Shown here in pieces: positions 50,277 to 59,803 of a stretch of DNA of 62,619 nt. The stretch is from Eubacteriales bacterium (GTDB lineage Bacteria; Bacillota; Clostridia; Oscillospirales; CAG-272), in contig JBGVNP010000109.1 in NCBI GenBank assembly GCA_045125655.1, positions 1-62,619 of the forward strand, written 5' to 3'. Both the position numbers and the translations under genes were made by a program. The notes beneath the pieces are model-generated. The model saw nothing but the letters and a program-made list of their open reading frames with translations, had not been told where the DNA came from and did no database searches. Position 1 is the first letter of the stretch. Every line of letters begins with the position of its first letter.

Positions 50277-51132
50277 TTGCTTCCTCCCAAGTGCTTACGT
50301 TATAAATAAAAGTATTGCCTTTCCCTCTTTTTATCCCCACGTAATAATCAAATATACGGTGCTCGTGAAGCTCGGCAAGTGCAGTTCGCGAAAGAACGTC
50401 ACGCAGAGTATGCCCGTGGCAGGTAGCTATCAATGGCACCCCAGCCCCCTGAGCGTCAATTATCGCGCTCGATTCATCCTTATCCCCTATCTCATCGCAA
50501 ACTATCACTTGAGCATTCATGCTTCTCACGGCTATCTCAATTCCGTTTTTCTTTGGATATGAGGATAAAATACTGACAAGGGATAACTTGTCGTCCAAAT
50601 CAAAAGCAAGCTCGTCGCGCGTATCTATAACACATACTCTTTTGGCTTGTCTGCCACTCGACAGCTCCCTTATTATTGATCTCAGAAGTGTGGTCTTTCC
50701 AACGCCAGGTGGAGAGTATATTATGACCGATCCACCTCTTATAATTGAAGATATTTCACTTATATCCACTCTTATTTTATTGGGTAATCTGATGGCTATC
50801 TCGGAAATATTGTAAACTCCGATTATTTTGCCGTTGTCAACGCTTGCAGAGCCAATAATACCCACTCTGATACCGTTTTCAAGTGAAATATAGCCGTTAA
50901 TAACAGTATCTCGAAAAGCGTATAAGGAATGCTTTGTCAAGTTCACCGTTATTTCGTCCATCTGCTTAGAATTTATTATCACGTTAAGCACGTCATTTTC
51001 ACCTGAAACAACAAGATATGCGTTCCTATCCCTTCTGATTCTGATCTCCTCTAATATAAGATTTTCCTTTACATATGAAGAAATTGCAGTCCTTAATCTA
51101 TCCGGAAGAAATGATAAATCATATTTGTTCAT
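50263..51132 (-). CDS. spoIIIAA: Stage III sporulation protein AA (secretion-type ATPase)
   Basis: 289 aa. Walker A PPGVGKTTLLR, Walker B VIVCDEIG. First gene of the operon. Confidence 0.85.
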   Translation of the reverse strand: MNKYDLSFLPDRLRTAISSYVKENLILEEIRIRRDRNAYLVVSGENDVLNVIINSKQMDEITVNLTKHSLYAFRDTVINGYISLENGIRVGIIGSASVDNGKIIGVYNISEIAIRLPNKIRVDISEISSIIRGGSVIIYSPPGVGKTTLLRSIIRELSSGRQAKRVCVIDTRDELAFDLDDKLSLVSILSSYPKKNGIEIAVRSMNAQVIVCDEIGDKDESSAIIDAQGAGVPLIATCHGHTLRDVLSRTALAELHEHRIFDYYVGIKRGKGNTFIYNVSTWEEANAHL

Positions 51133-51286
51133 TTGCTTGTCCTCTCTTGTATATTAATCTTTATGAGGCAAGTATTCAAAATATTACACAAAATAATAGA
51201 ATTGCTATTGAATTATTATGTAAAATATGCTAAAATATTATCGAAACTAAAGATTGCCGTGATTTTTTCGGCAATACGGAGGAACT

Positions 51287-52768
51287 ATGAAAAAATATAT
51301 TTTGGCTTTAGATGAAGGTACAACGAGTGCAAGAAGCATTCTTTTTGACCGTGATTGCAACATCGTTTGCTCTTCTCAACACGAATTTACACAGTATTAT
51401 CCCCAACCCGGTTGGGTTGAACAGGACCCTATGGAGATATACGCCAATCAGTATGCCACTCTTACCGAGTGCATCGCAAAAAGCGGCATATCAACGGACG
51501 AGATTGCAGGTATAGGCATTACCAACCAGAGAGAAACAACCATTCTTTGGAACAAAAAGACGGGAAAGCCAATCTACAACGCCATCGTTTGGCAGTGCAG
51601 ACGTACTGCCGATATTTGCGATGAGCTTGTTAAAGCCGGACACTCAGATTACATTAGCAAGGCCACGGGACTTCGCATAGATGCTTATTTTAGCGGCACG
51701 AAGATCAAATGGATACTTGACAACGTTGAAGGCGCGAGAGAAATGGCTGAACGGGGCGAATTGCTCTTTGGAACTGTTGACACTTGGCTTATCTGGAAGC
51801 TCACCGAAGGTCGCATACACGTAACAGATGCCACAAATGCTTCCCGAACAATGCTCTACGATATTGAAAGAGGCGTTTGGGATGAGAAGCTTCTTGAGAT
51901 ACTTAATATTCCGGCATCTATTCTTCCCAAAATCTGCTCAAGCAGTGAAATATACGGATATATGGATATTATGGGCTCATCCGTTCCAATCTGTGGAATA
52001 GCGGGTGACCAACAGGCAGCTTTGTTCGGTCAATGCTGCTTTAAGGACGGAGAAGCTAAAAATACATACGGCACGGGATGCTTTCTCCTCTCTCATACAG
52101 GAAATCAAAGAATCATATCAAGAAACGGTCTTATAACCACAGTAGCAGCTACTGAAAGCGGAAAACCATTGGAATATGCCTTGGAGGGCTCAGTTTTCGT
52201 CGGTGGTGCAGTTATTCAGTGGCTCAGAGATGAGCTTAAGGTCATAAACGAATCTAAGGACAGCGAATATTTTGCCACCAAGGTAAAGGATAATGCAGGA
52301 GTCTATCTCGTTCCCGCATTTGCAGGCCTCGGTGCTCCTCACTGGGATATGCACGCGAGAGGCACTATTACAGGACTCACACGCGGTTCAAATGTTTATC
52401 ATATCATTCGCGCGGCTCTTGAGTCGATCGCATATCAATCTAATGATGTATTAAGCTCCATGGAAGCCGACACCGGTAGGGATATTACCTCCCTCAAGGT
52501 TGATGGCGGTGCATCTTCAAATAATTTCCTTATGCAATTCCAAGCGGATATTTCAAACGTTGAGGTTATACGTCCCACACTCACAGAGGCAACGGCTCAG
52601 GGTGCTGCATTTTTGGCAGGCCTTGCGGTTGGATTTTATAAGGACAGAGATGAACTTAAATCCATAGTAAGCGGTAAAGCTTCATTTACTCCTAAAATTG
52701 ATAAAGAAAAACGTGACATGCTTCTTGAGGGCTGGCAAAACGCCATCGGAGCTTGTAAAAAAGCATAG
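51287..52768 (+). CDS. glpK: Glycerol kinase
   Basis: 493 aa. [34 protein letters not shown]-family C-terminus. Confidence 0.97.
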   Translation: MKKYILALDEGTTSARSILFDRDCNIVCSSQHEFTQYYPQPGWVEQDPMEIYANQYATLTECIAKSGISTDEIAGIGITNQRETTILWNKKTGKPIYNAIVWQCRRTADICDELVKAGHSDYISKATGLRIDAYFSGTKIKWILDNVEGAREMAERGELLFGTVDTWLIWKLTEGRIHVTDATNASRTMLYDIERGVWDEKLLEILNIPASILPKICSSSEIYGYMDIMGSSVPICGIAGDQQAALFGQCCFKDGEAKNTYGTGCFLLSHTGNQRIISRNGLITTVAATESGKPLEYALEGSVFVGGAVIQWLRDELKVINESKDSEYFATKVKDNAGVYLVPAFAGLGAPHWDMHARGTITGLTRGSNVYHIIRAALESIAYQSNDVLSSMEADTGRDITSLKVDGGASSNNFLMQFQADISNVEVIRPTLTEATAQGAAFLAGLAVGFYKDRDELKSIVSGKASFTPKIDKEKRDMLLEGWQNAIGACKKA

Positions 52769-52783
52769 AGAGGAGATCTTTAT

Positions 52784-53698
52784 ATGGCAATTCAGGTAAT
52801 TGATAAAAAGGTTCTTTCATCCAACGGAAAGAATATGCTCGCAGGAAAGGTATATTTACCCGACGGTGAGATCAAAGGTTACTTTCATGTTGTTCACGGT
52901 ATGACTGAGCACATCGGCAGATATGACTACTTTATGAGAGCAATAGCCGAAAACGGATATATCACCTTCGGCTACGATCATCTCGGTCACGGCTATACTG
53001 CAAAGGATGACTCCGAGCTCGGTTTTATTGCCGAGAGAGACGGCGACGATCTTCTCGCACGTGACGTAAAAGTATTTTCCGATGCTATAAAATCAGAATA
53101 CGGCGATCATCCCTATTTCCTTATGGGACACAGTATGGGCTCGTTCGTTGTAAGAATGTCCACCCAAAACTACTTAACTCCCGACAAGCTTATAGTTATG
53201 GGAACAAGCGGTCCCAACCCCATTGCAGGTGCAGGTCTTTTGATATGCAAGCTCCTTCGCGCGATAAAGGGACCAAGACATATTTCCGCATTTGTTGATA
53301 ACGTGGCATTCGGTAGCTATAACGATCATTTCAAGGAAGAAAACGATCCTCGTTCGTGGCTCACCAACGATATTGAGGTTCGTAAAAAATATGATGCGGA
53401 TAAATTCTGCACGTTTAAATTTACCATCTCCGCTATGCACGATCTTATTTCTATGAACAAGAATTGTAATACGGATGCTTGGTTTAAGTCCGTTGCAGGC
53501 AAAATGCCAATCCTTCTTATTTCGGGCGAGGACGACCCCGTTGGCGATTACGGCAAAGGTATTCGCATCTGCGAGGAAAAGCTTAAGGCAAACGGCGCCG
53601 AGGTAGTTACTAAGATATATAGTGGATACAGACACGAGATCCTTAATGACACTTCGAGAGATATGACTATCAAGGATATTCTTGAATTTATTAAATAA
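52784..53698 (+). CDS. Alpha/beta hydrolase (lysophospholipase / monoacylglycerol lipase-like)
   Basis: HGMTEH, nucleophile elbow GHSMGS, late D and H (YRHEILND). Directly downstream of glpK. Confidence 0.8.
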   Translation: MAIQVIDKKVLSSNGKNMLAGKVYLPDGEIKGYFHVVHGMTEHIGRYDYFMRAIAENGYITFGYDHLGHGYTAKDDSELGFIAERDGDDLLARDVKVFSDAIKSEYGDHPYFLMGHSMGSFVVRMSTQNYLTPDKLIVMGTSGPNPIAGAGLLICKLLRAIKGPRHISAFVDNVAFGSYNDHFKEENDPRSWLTNDIEVRKKYDADKFCTFKFTISAMHDLISMNKNCNTDAWFKSVAGKMPILLISGEDDPVGDYGKGIRICEEKLKANGAEVVTKIYSGYRHEILNDTSRDMTIKDILEFIK

Positions 53699-53703
53699 TT
53701 TTT

Positions 53704-53735
53704 GATCCCACGGCATTGACCGTGGGATCTTTTCA
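53704..53735 (+). terminator. Intrinsic terminator after the hydrolase gene
   Basis: GATCCCACGG cattga CCGTGGGATC followed by TTTTC. Confidence 0.65.
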
Positions 53736-53765
53736 TATAATAAGTAAAAACGAAAGGAGCTTATT

Positions 53766-54242
53766 ATGTGGAATAAAATCAAGCCGTACGTTATATCCAT
53801 TATCATTCCTCTTGCGGTGGGTGGACTTTCTGCAGTGTTGACTATGGGAAATATGGATATTTATAATGAGGTCAAAACGCCACCCCTCTCTCCGCCGTCA
53901 ATCCTTTTCCCCATTGTTTGGACGGTTTTATATCTCCTTATGGGAATAAGCGCGGTAATAGTTTACAAGAAGCAATCGAACGATCCTAAAGAGGCGGCAT
54001 CGGGCATCAAGGCATATGCAATAAGTTTATTCTTTAACTTTTTATGGAGCATATTATTCTTCAATTTCAAATGGTTTGGATTTGCATTCTTTTGGTTGCT
54101 TGCACTGTTATTTTTCATTATAAAAACCATTGTATCCTATTACAAGGTAAGCAAGATCGCGGCATATCTGCAAATCCCCTATGCGATTTGGGTTGCATTT
54201 GCCGGATATCTCAACTTTGGAATCTGGATGCTGAATATGTAA
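53766..54242 (+). CDS. tspO: TspO/MBR-family tryptophan-rich sensory protein
   Basis: 158 aa, five TM helices. PPLSPPSILFPIVWTVLYLLMG and WSILFFNFKW motifs. Confidence 0.85.
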   Translation: MWNKIKPYVISIIIPLAVGGLSAVLTMGNMDIYNEVKTPPLSPPSILFPIVWTVLYLLMGISAVIVYKKQSNDPKEAASGIKAYAISLFFNFLWSILFFNFKWFGFAFFWLLALLFFIIKTIVSYYKVSKIAAYLQIPYAIWVAFAGYLNFGIWMLNM

Positions 54243-54272
54243 AAAAGAAGCCATCAGGTGATGGCTTCTTTT
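54243..54272. terminator. Bidirectional terminator overlapping the 3' end of the UxaC-like gene
   Basis: AGAAGCCATC aggt GATGGCTTCT with A/T tracts on either side. Confidence 0.6.
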
Positions 54273-55333
54273 AAATTGTTATATAAAATATCTTCAATCA
54301 GCTTTTTAAGGGTATTTTCATCATTCGTGTATTCCCCGTTATCCACCAATTTGGCAATAACATTGCAAAGGATTCGGCGAAAATAATCGTTTCGGGCATA
54401 GCAAAGGCAGTTATCCGCAGCATTCACCGTACAGATCACTTTTCCAAGAGGATGCTTTCTCGCATATCCCCTTAATTGAAGCTCCAGATAATCCTCGCTC
54501 TCTCCTATTTCAAATTGGATGTGAGAGACTGTTTTAGGTAATACACAACTTTTATCTAAATATTCAAGAGCGTCCTCGTCTACGCTACTGCCCGTTAATA
54601 GCCAAGTCCAACCGAGCTTTTTATATTCCATACCGAGTGCCCGCGCTATTTGCATATCAACAAGTTCGCAATCCTCAAGCTCATAGCTCATATCCTTTGA
54701 CTTCATTCGCTTAACTATTTCATTAGCAAGGTAGGGATTTGGCTTAACAAAATTTGAAAAGGCATTGTAAAGCGCGATTCTGCAACCGTTCGCGTTCGCC
54801 TCTTGAATATATCCAAGCAAAAAGCTCTCCAAAGATGAAAGATCCTTTAGATCATCGTTTGAATAAAGCTCATTTGTCCAAGAGAGACTAATAGCATAAT
54901 GATGCTCTATCGCGAAATTTTCAAGCAATGATTTTTCAGAAATATTGCTTGATATTATAAGAGAGTTTGTTTCATTCCATATAAGATCACAATTTTTCTC
55001 ATTTATTTCAAGTGTAGAGTCAAAATGCTTTCTAAGTTCAATATGCGAAAGAAGATAAATCGGATGCCCTGCAAATCTTGGCAAAACAGAACAAAATGCC
55101 TTGAATTTTTCATAATCAGATGCATCACCCGTAATATATTTTTCATCCACTCCGCAATGGCGCATAGCATCAAGCTTATAAAAATCATTTGTCAAAAATG
55201 CTTCAGTAATATTGTTATACACTCTATCGCTCGGCTCTTTTTGTGAGCAAAGAGCTATTATCGGCATATCCTTGGCATATTCAAAATACAGCTTTTTTGC
55301 CGTTTCACTGTGCAAAAGATAATTATCGTTCAT
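54254..55333 (-). CDS. Glucuronate isomerase (UxaC)-like protein, shortened and lacking the HxH motif
   Basis: N-terminus NYLLHSETAKKLYFEYAKDMPII and C-terminus ARNDYFRRILCNVIAKLVDNGE align with UxaC. The DYHCH metal site reads ALCSQ. Length is 359 aa versus about 470 in UxaC. Confidence 0.7.
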   Translation of the reverse strand: MNDNYLLHSETAKKLYFEYAKDMPIIALCSQKEPSDRVYNNITEAFLTNDFYKLDAMRHCGVDEKYITGDASDYEKFKAFCSVLPRFAGHPIYLLSHIELRKHFDSTLEINEKNCDLIWNETNSLIISSNISEKSLLENFAIEHHYAISLSWTNELYSNDDLKDLSSLESFLLGYIQEANANGCRIALYNAFSNFVKPNPYLANEIVKRMKSKDMSYELEDCELVDMQIARALGMEYKKLGWTWLLTGSSVDEDALEYLDKSCVLPKTVSHIQFEIGESEDYLELQLRGYARKHPLGKVICTVNAADNCLCYARNDYFRRILCNVIAKLVDNGEYTNDENTLKKLIEDILYNNLKEAIT

Positions 55334-55461
55334 TTGCTCACCTCTTTTCTACTGTATTATACAACATAATTTAAAAACTTGCAATAAAAATAATAAAACT
55401 ATTTACTAAATGTCAAAAATATGGTATAATTATTAAGATATTTTACGAAGGAGTTATTATT

Positions 55462-55947
55462 ATGGAAAATAAATTACTCACATTACTTGAAAATGACGCC
55501 ACCCTCACTCCCGAGCAGCTTGCAAAAATGCTTGAAAAAGAGGTTGGCGATATAAAGAAGATGATTCTTGATTATGAAAAACAAGGCATCATTCTTGGAT
55601 ATAAAACGCTCGTTGACTGGGATAAGACCTCTCGCGATTACGTTACTGCTATCATTGAGGTTAAAACTACTCCTCAGCCCGAGCGCGGATTTGACAGAAT
55701 AGCTGAAAAAATCTACAACTATCCCGAGGTTGAAAGTCTATATCTTATTTCAGGCGGATTTGATTTTGCAATCATACTTGAGGGCAAAACACTGCGCGAG
55801 GTAGCTCTTTTCGTTGCTGAAAAGCTCTCCCCCATATCTCATATTCAAAGCACGTCAACTCATTTCGTTTTGAGAAGATACAAGGACAAGGGCGTTATCT
55901 ACGGCGCGGCCCCCGAAGTCGATGAAAGAGAGATCTTTGGCGAATGA
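55462..55947 (+). CDS. Lrp/AsnC-family transcriptional regulator
   Basis: 161 aa. N-terminal HTH (LLENDATLTPEQLAKML) plus a RAM/AsnC ligand domain. ATGA overlap with the downstream aminotransferase. Confidence 0.85.
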   Translation: MENKLLTLLENDATLTPEQLAKMLEKEVGDIKKMILDYEKQGIILGYKTLVDWDKTSRDYVTAIIEVKTTPQPERGFDRIAEKIYNYPEVESLYLISGGFDFAIILEGKTLREVALFVAEKLSPISHIQSTSTHFVLRRYKDKGVIYGAAPEVDEREIFGE

Positions 55948-57119
55948 TCGATTATAGTAAAATCCTACCGCAAAAGATCGTGGATATTCCAAAATCGGGC
56001 ATAAGAAAGTATTTTGATATGATCACCCCCGATATGAAGGACGTTATCTCGCTTACCGTCGGTCAGCCCGATTTTGTCACTCCTTGGCATATCCGCGAAG
56101 CAGGTATCCAAAGTCTTGAAACGGGAAAGACTTTCTATACCGCAAATGCAGGTCTTGAGGAATTAAGAATAGAAATTGATAATTATATGTCCCGTCGCTT
56201 TGGATTACATTACGATCCCAAAAACGAGATTATTGTAACTGTTGGCGGTTCAGAGGCAATAGATATTGCTATGAGAGCTACACTTGATATAGGCGATGAG
56301 GTAATCATCCCCACACCGTCCTTTGTTTGCTATGAGCCATTAGCAAAAATGGCAGGTGCAACTCCCGTGATCCTTGAAACATATTTTGAGGATGAATTTA
56401 AAATTGATCCTAATAAACTGCGTTCACTTATAACAAACCGAACAAAAATGATTGTGCTTCCATTTCCCAACAATCCTACGGGTGCAATTATGACACGCGA
56501 GGAGCTTGATGAGATAGCCGATATAGTTAGAGATACTAATATAGTTATTCTGTCTGATGAGATATATGCGGAAATGACATACGGCGGCAAGCATTGCTCA
56601 ATAGCATCTATTGACGGCATGAGGGAGCGAACGATAGTTGTAAACGGTTTTTCCAAGGCATTCGCTATGACCGGATGGAGATTGGGTTGGGTATGTGCGC
56701 CCGCGCCCATCACCTCACAAATGCTTAAAATTCACCAGTATGAAATAATGTCATCTCCCACAACATCGCAGTTCGCGGCAATTTCTGCTCTCAGAAACGG
56801 TGATGACGATATAGCATATATGACAGCCGAATATGATAGAAGACGAACACTTATATATAACAAGCTTGTAGATATGGGTATTGAAAGCTTTGAGCCGCGC
56901 GGCGCGTTCTATATCTTCCCTAAAATATCACAATTTGGTATGAGTGGCGAAGAATTTTGCTCCGAGCTACTCAAGAGATACCACGTTGCTATAGTTCCCG
57001 GTGAAGCCTTCGGTAAAACGGGCACAGGATTTGCAAGGATTTCATATGCATATTCCGTTAATCATATCAACGAAGGTCTTGACAGAATGCAAAAATTTAT
57101 AAATGAAATAAAAAAATAG
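55944..57119 (+). CDS. PLP-dependent class I aminotransferase (aspartate/aromatic type)
   Basis: 391 aa. PNNPTG. PLP lysine in NGFSKAFAMTGWRLGW. C-terminal ARISYA. Confidence 0.9.
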   Translation: MIDYSKILPQKIVDIPKSGIRKYFDMITPDMKDVISLTVGQPDFVTPWHIREAGIQSLETGKTFYTANAGLEELRIEIDNYMSRRFGLHYDPKNEIIVTVGGSEAIDIAMRATLDIGDEVIIPTPSFVCYEPLAKMAGATPVILETYFEDEFKIDPNKLRSLITNRTKMIVLPFPNNPTGAIMTREELDEIADIVRDTNIVILSDEIYAEMTYGGKHCSIASIDGMRERTIVVNGFSKAFAMTGWRLGWVCAPAPITSQMLKIHQYEIMSSPTTSQFAAISALRNGDDDIAYMTAEYDRRRTLIYNKLVDMGIESFEPRGAFYIFPKISQFGMSGEEFCSELLKRYHVAIVPGEAFGKTGTGFARISYAYSVNHINEGLDRMQKFINEIKK

Positions 57120-57144
57120 AGATGCCAAGCATCTCTGTTTTTTT
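57118..57144 (+). terminator. Intrinsic terminator after the aminotransferase gene
   Basis: AGAGATGC caa GCATCTCT followed by GTTTTTTTAT. Confidence 0.7.
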
Positions 57145-57212
57145 ATTTAATTAATTTTCTTAATTACTTTCATATTTTTCCAAGTTTAGTTTTTTAAAAT
57201 CCAAAAATTTAA

Positions 57213-57644
57213 TTACATATTTTGCTTCTTCTTTAACATTTCATTGAGTTCAACGATATTTCTTCGAATAATCGAATAAATAATAGCCCAAATCACGATA
57301 TATCCTATCACAAAAATCACTGAGAATACTATGATCGGTATTATTCCCAAATCAATCCAATCATTAATTAAATATACACCGAGATAGCTGATATACAGGA
57401 TACAACCGTGAATTAAAATGGCTACCATTATAGGCAAGCGCTCAATTTGATAGATGGCATTCATACCACCGGCAACAAAAGCAAGTAATGTCAACGAAAA
57501 TATACCGATGCATACTTCATTAACAGTCAAGGTTTGTAGATCAACAGCTTGCTGAAAAATTAGATAAACTATTGCCAAAATAATCGGTCCAAAACCGCAA
57601 GCAATAGATCCACGACGCAAAAACTCCAAAACAAACTTTTTCAT
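57213..57644 (-). CDS. DUF3021-like small membrane protein (putative partner of the LytTR regulator)
   Basis: 143 aa, four TM helices. 4-nt overlap with the LytTR gene, the usual LytTR/DUF3021 arrangement. Confidence 0.6.
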   Translation of the reverse strand: MKKFVLEFLRRGSIACGFGPIILAIVYLIFQQAVDLQTLTVNEVCIGIFSLTLLAFVAGGMNAIYQIERLPIMVAILIHGCILYISYLGVYLINDWIDLGIIPIIVFSVIFVIGYIVIWAIIYSIIRRNIVELNEMLKKKQNM

Positions 57645-58084
57645 ATTTCTTCATATCTCCTTCTGATTTCCGCAAAGCAACGCCTTGAAACATATTCTCG
57701 ATAGCCACATTGAAATACGGCATCAATACCACCGCTATATACTGCGTCAAATCTCTGAATTCGGTGTTCATTGGCAAGAGTTGATTTGTTAATGCGGATA
57801 AAATAAGATGGCAAAATATCCTCTAATTCTCTTAGTCTGTCTTTGAGCAAAAAGCGGTTGCCTTTCGTATCAATAGCAATTACCTTTCTTTCAATAACAG
57901 TAATGCACTCTATTTCTCCGAAAGAAAGCTTTCGTATTTCTTCTTCACTATGTCCTATAATAAAGTCTGCTCCTGAAAATCTATGCACGAGATCTTCTAT
58001 CTCTTGTGTCAGAGAAGAAGGCGCGTGCACTATGGCTATTATTTCTTCTTCAGCATCTTTATCAATAATGAGTTTGTACTTCAT
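57641..58084 (-). CDS. LytTR-family DNA-binding protein (no receiver domain)
   Basis: 147 aa. The C-terminal FIRINKSTLANEHRIQRFD...YVSRRC matches the LytTR domain pattern. Confidence 0.8.
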   Translation of the reverse strand: MKYKLIIDKDAEEEIIAIVHAPSSLTQEIEDLVHRFSGADFIIGHSEEEIRKLSFGEIECITVIERKVIAIDTKGNRFLLKDRLRELEDILPSYFIRINKSTLANEHRIQRFDAVYSGGIDAVFQCGYREYVSRRCFAEIRRRYEEI

Positions 58085-58097
58085 TTTCCTATAATCC

Positions 58098-58832
58098 TTA
58101 TTGTTTTTTCATTTGTCTAAGAAAGCAGAACACGGCAATCACCGTTATTGCTACACTATATAGAACAATCGGCAAAATATGTGTTGCTGCAAGCCCGAAA
58201 TCTCCGCTAAACAACGCTTTTTCCATTTCGACTGCGTGAACGAATGGAAGAGCATTGGCTATGTTCTCAAAGACTCCACCCACAAGTTTCAAATCGAACC
58301 ACACGCCCGAAAGCCACGCAGAGAGATTGGTAAGTAATGCTCCACAGATGCCGCCGACCTGCTTAACTCCAAAAACACTACCGCACAAAAGTCCAAGTGC
58401 AATATTGAAAACAGCCATAGGTATCATACCGATAATCGAATAAACAATGTTCACGCTTAGCGTAAGCCCCAAGGGAATAGCAAACAAATAGCATATTATC
58501 GTCTGTCCAAGAGCAATAGGCAAAAGTGGAAGCATATATCCTATGATGAAGTCAAATCCTGTAAGCGGTGTCGTGTATAGTCTTTGTAAAAGAGCACTTT
58601 CACGATCTTTGGCAACCAAGGTTGCCGAAAACAACGTCATAAATGACAGTCCAAACACGGTAATACCTGGAGTCAACGTGTCGATCTCAAACAAACTCAC
58701 AGGTATATTTGTCTGCAAGGCGCTGAGAAGCAATAGTAATACCAACGGGAATCCCAAGCCGAAGCCGAGATTGATAGGATCGCGCAAAATCTCTTTTGTA
58801 CATCTTTTAGCAAAGGTCATCATTCTCATCAC
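58098..58832 (-). CDS. ABC-2 type transporter permease
   Basis: 244 aa, six TM helices. 4-nt overlap with the upstream ATPase gene. Confidence 0.8.
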   Translation of the reverse strand: MMRMMTFAKRCTKEILRDPINLGFGLGFPLVLLLLLSALQTNIPVSLFEIDTLTPGITVFGLSFMTLFSATLVAKDRESALLQRLYTTPLTGFDFIIGYMLPLLPIALGQTIICYLFAIPLGLTLSVNIVYSIIGMIPMAVFNIALGLLCGSVFGVKQVGGICGALLTNLSAWLSGVWFDLKLVGGVFENIANALPFVHAVEMEKALFSGDFGLAATHILPIVLYSVAITVIAVFCFLRQMKKQ

Positions 58833-59554
58833 ATGCCCTCCTTTACGATGGAAATAAATGCCGATTCAAAGTCGTTTATATTCGCTTTTGCTTTAAGTTC
58901 CGATACCGTTCCTACGGCAAGGAGTTTGCCGTTTTTCATAATACCGATACGGTCGGAGAGCGACTCAGCTTCTTCCATATAGTGCGTAGTTAAGATGATA
59001 GTAATTTTGCCTTTGAGTGAGCGAATGGTTTCCCAAAGCTCGTGTCTTGCTATAACATCAAGTCCAAGTGTAGGTTCGTCTAAAAATAGAATTCGAGGCT
59101 CGCTGATTAGTGCCATTGCTATGCTGACACGACGTTGCCATCCTCCCGATAGTTTTCCTGCCTTTCTGTTTAAAACACCTTCCAAAGCAAATTGTTCGGA
59201 CAACTCTCTGATTTTCACAGAGGTCTTTTCTTTTGAAAATTCGTAAATACCGCAAATTAGCTCTAAATTTTCTTTTACGGAAAGCCCCGGCGCAACGGCG
59301 GTTTCTTGCGGAGAAACACCGATCAACCGTTTTACTCGTTCTGATTCCTTTGTAACACTGTAACCGCCAACAAAGGCATCTCCATCCGTAGGCTTTGTCA
59401 AGCAGGAAAGTATTTTAATGGTTGTAGTCTTTCCCGCGCCGTTTATGCCAAGCAGAGAGAAAAGTTCTCCCTCGGGTATTTCTAAATCAAGCTTATCTAC
59501 GGCAGTTATATTTTTGTACTGCTTAACAAGTTCAATCATTTTTATTGCTTGCAT
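58829..59554 (-). CDS. ABC transporter ATP-binding protein
   Basis: Walker A GINGAGKTT, signature LSGGWQRR, Walker B ILFLDEPT, H-loop TTHYM. Confidence 0.92.
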   Translation of the reverse strand: MQAIKMIELVKQYKNITAVDKLDLEIPEGELFSLLGINGAGKTTTIKILSCLTKPTDGDAFVGGYSVTKESERVKRLIGVSPQETAVAPGLSVKENLELICGIYEFSKEKTSVKIRELSEQFALEGVLNRKAGKLSGGWQRRVSIAMALISEPRILFLDEPTLGLDVIARHELWETIRSLKGKITIILTTHYMEEAESLSDRIGIMKNGKLLAVGTVSELKAKANINDFESAFISIVKEGM

Positions 59555-59736
59555 TTATTTTTCCTCCGTTTCGTTTATCGCTTGTAAATATTATTATAAC
59601 AAACAAAAACGGAGAATTGTTGTTTTTTGTCTTATCGGTAGTTTCTGATGTCTAATCGGTTTTGATAAATCCCCGATTTCCTTTTTTCTGCCTATGTTAT
59701 GTAACTTTAGGGTAAACTCACCCTTAGAAGCAAAAC

Positions 59737-59764
59737 AAAAACGGAGTCCGATTGGACTCCGTTT
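59737..59764. terminator. Terminator downstream of the hypothetical membrane protein gene
   Basis: AAAACGGAGTCC gatt GGACTCCGTTTT. Confidence 0.65.
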
Positions 59765-59803
59765 TCATTTTGTGAGTCACCCCAACAATTTTGAACCTTT
59801 GCA

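Noticed and set aside
51133-51286. GlpP-type antiterminator target in the glpK leader (hairpin ATTGCCG...CGGCAAT just before the RBS)
   Set aside because: The hairpin is not followed by a U-tract, and no glpP or glpF gene is present in the window. A plain promoter (TTGAAT-17-TAAAAT) plus leader is the simpler reading.
53174-53806. 210-aa minus-strand ORF
   Set aside because: It is antisense to the well-supported alpha/beta hydrolase gene and runs through its terminator. It has no RBS or motifs.
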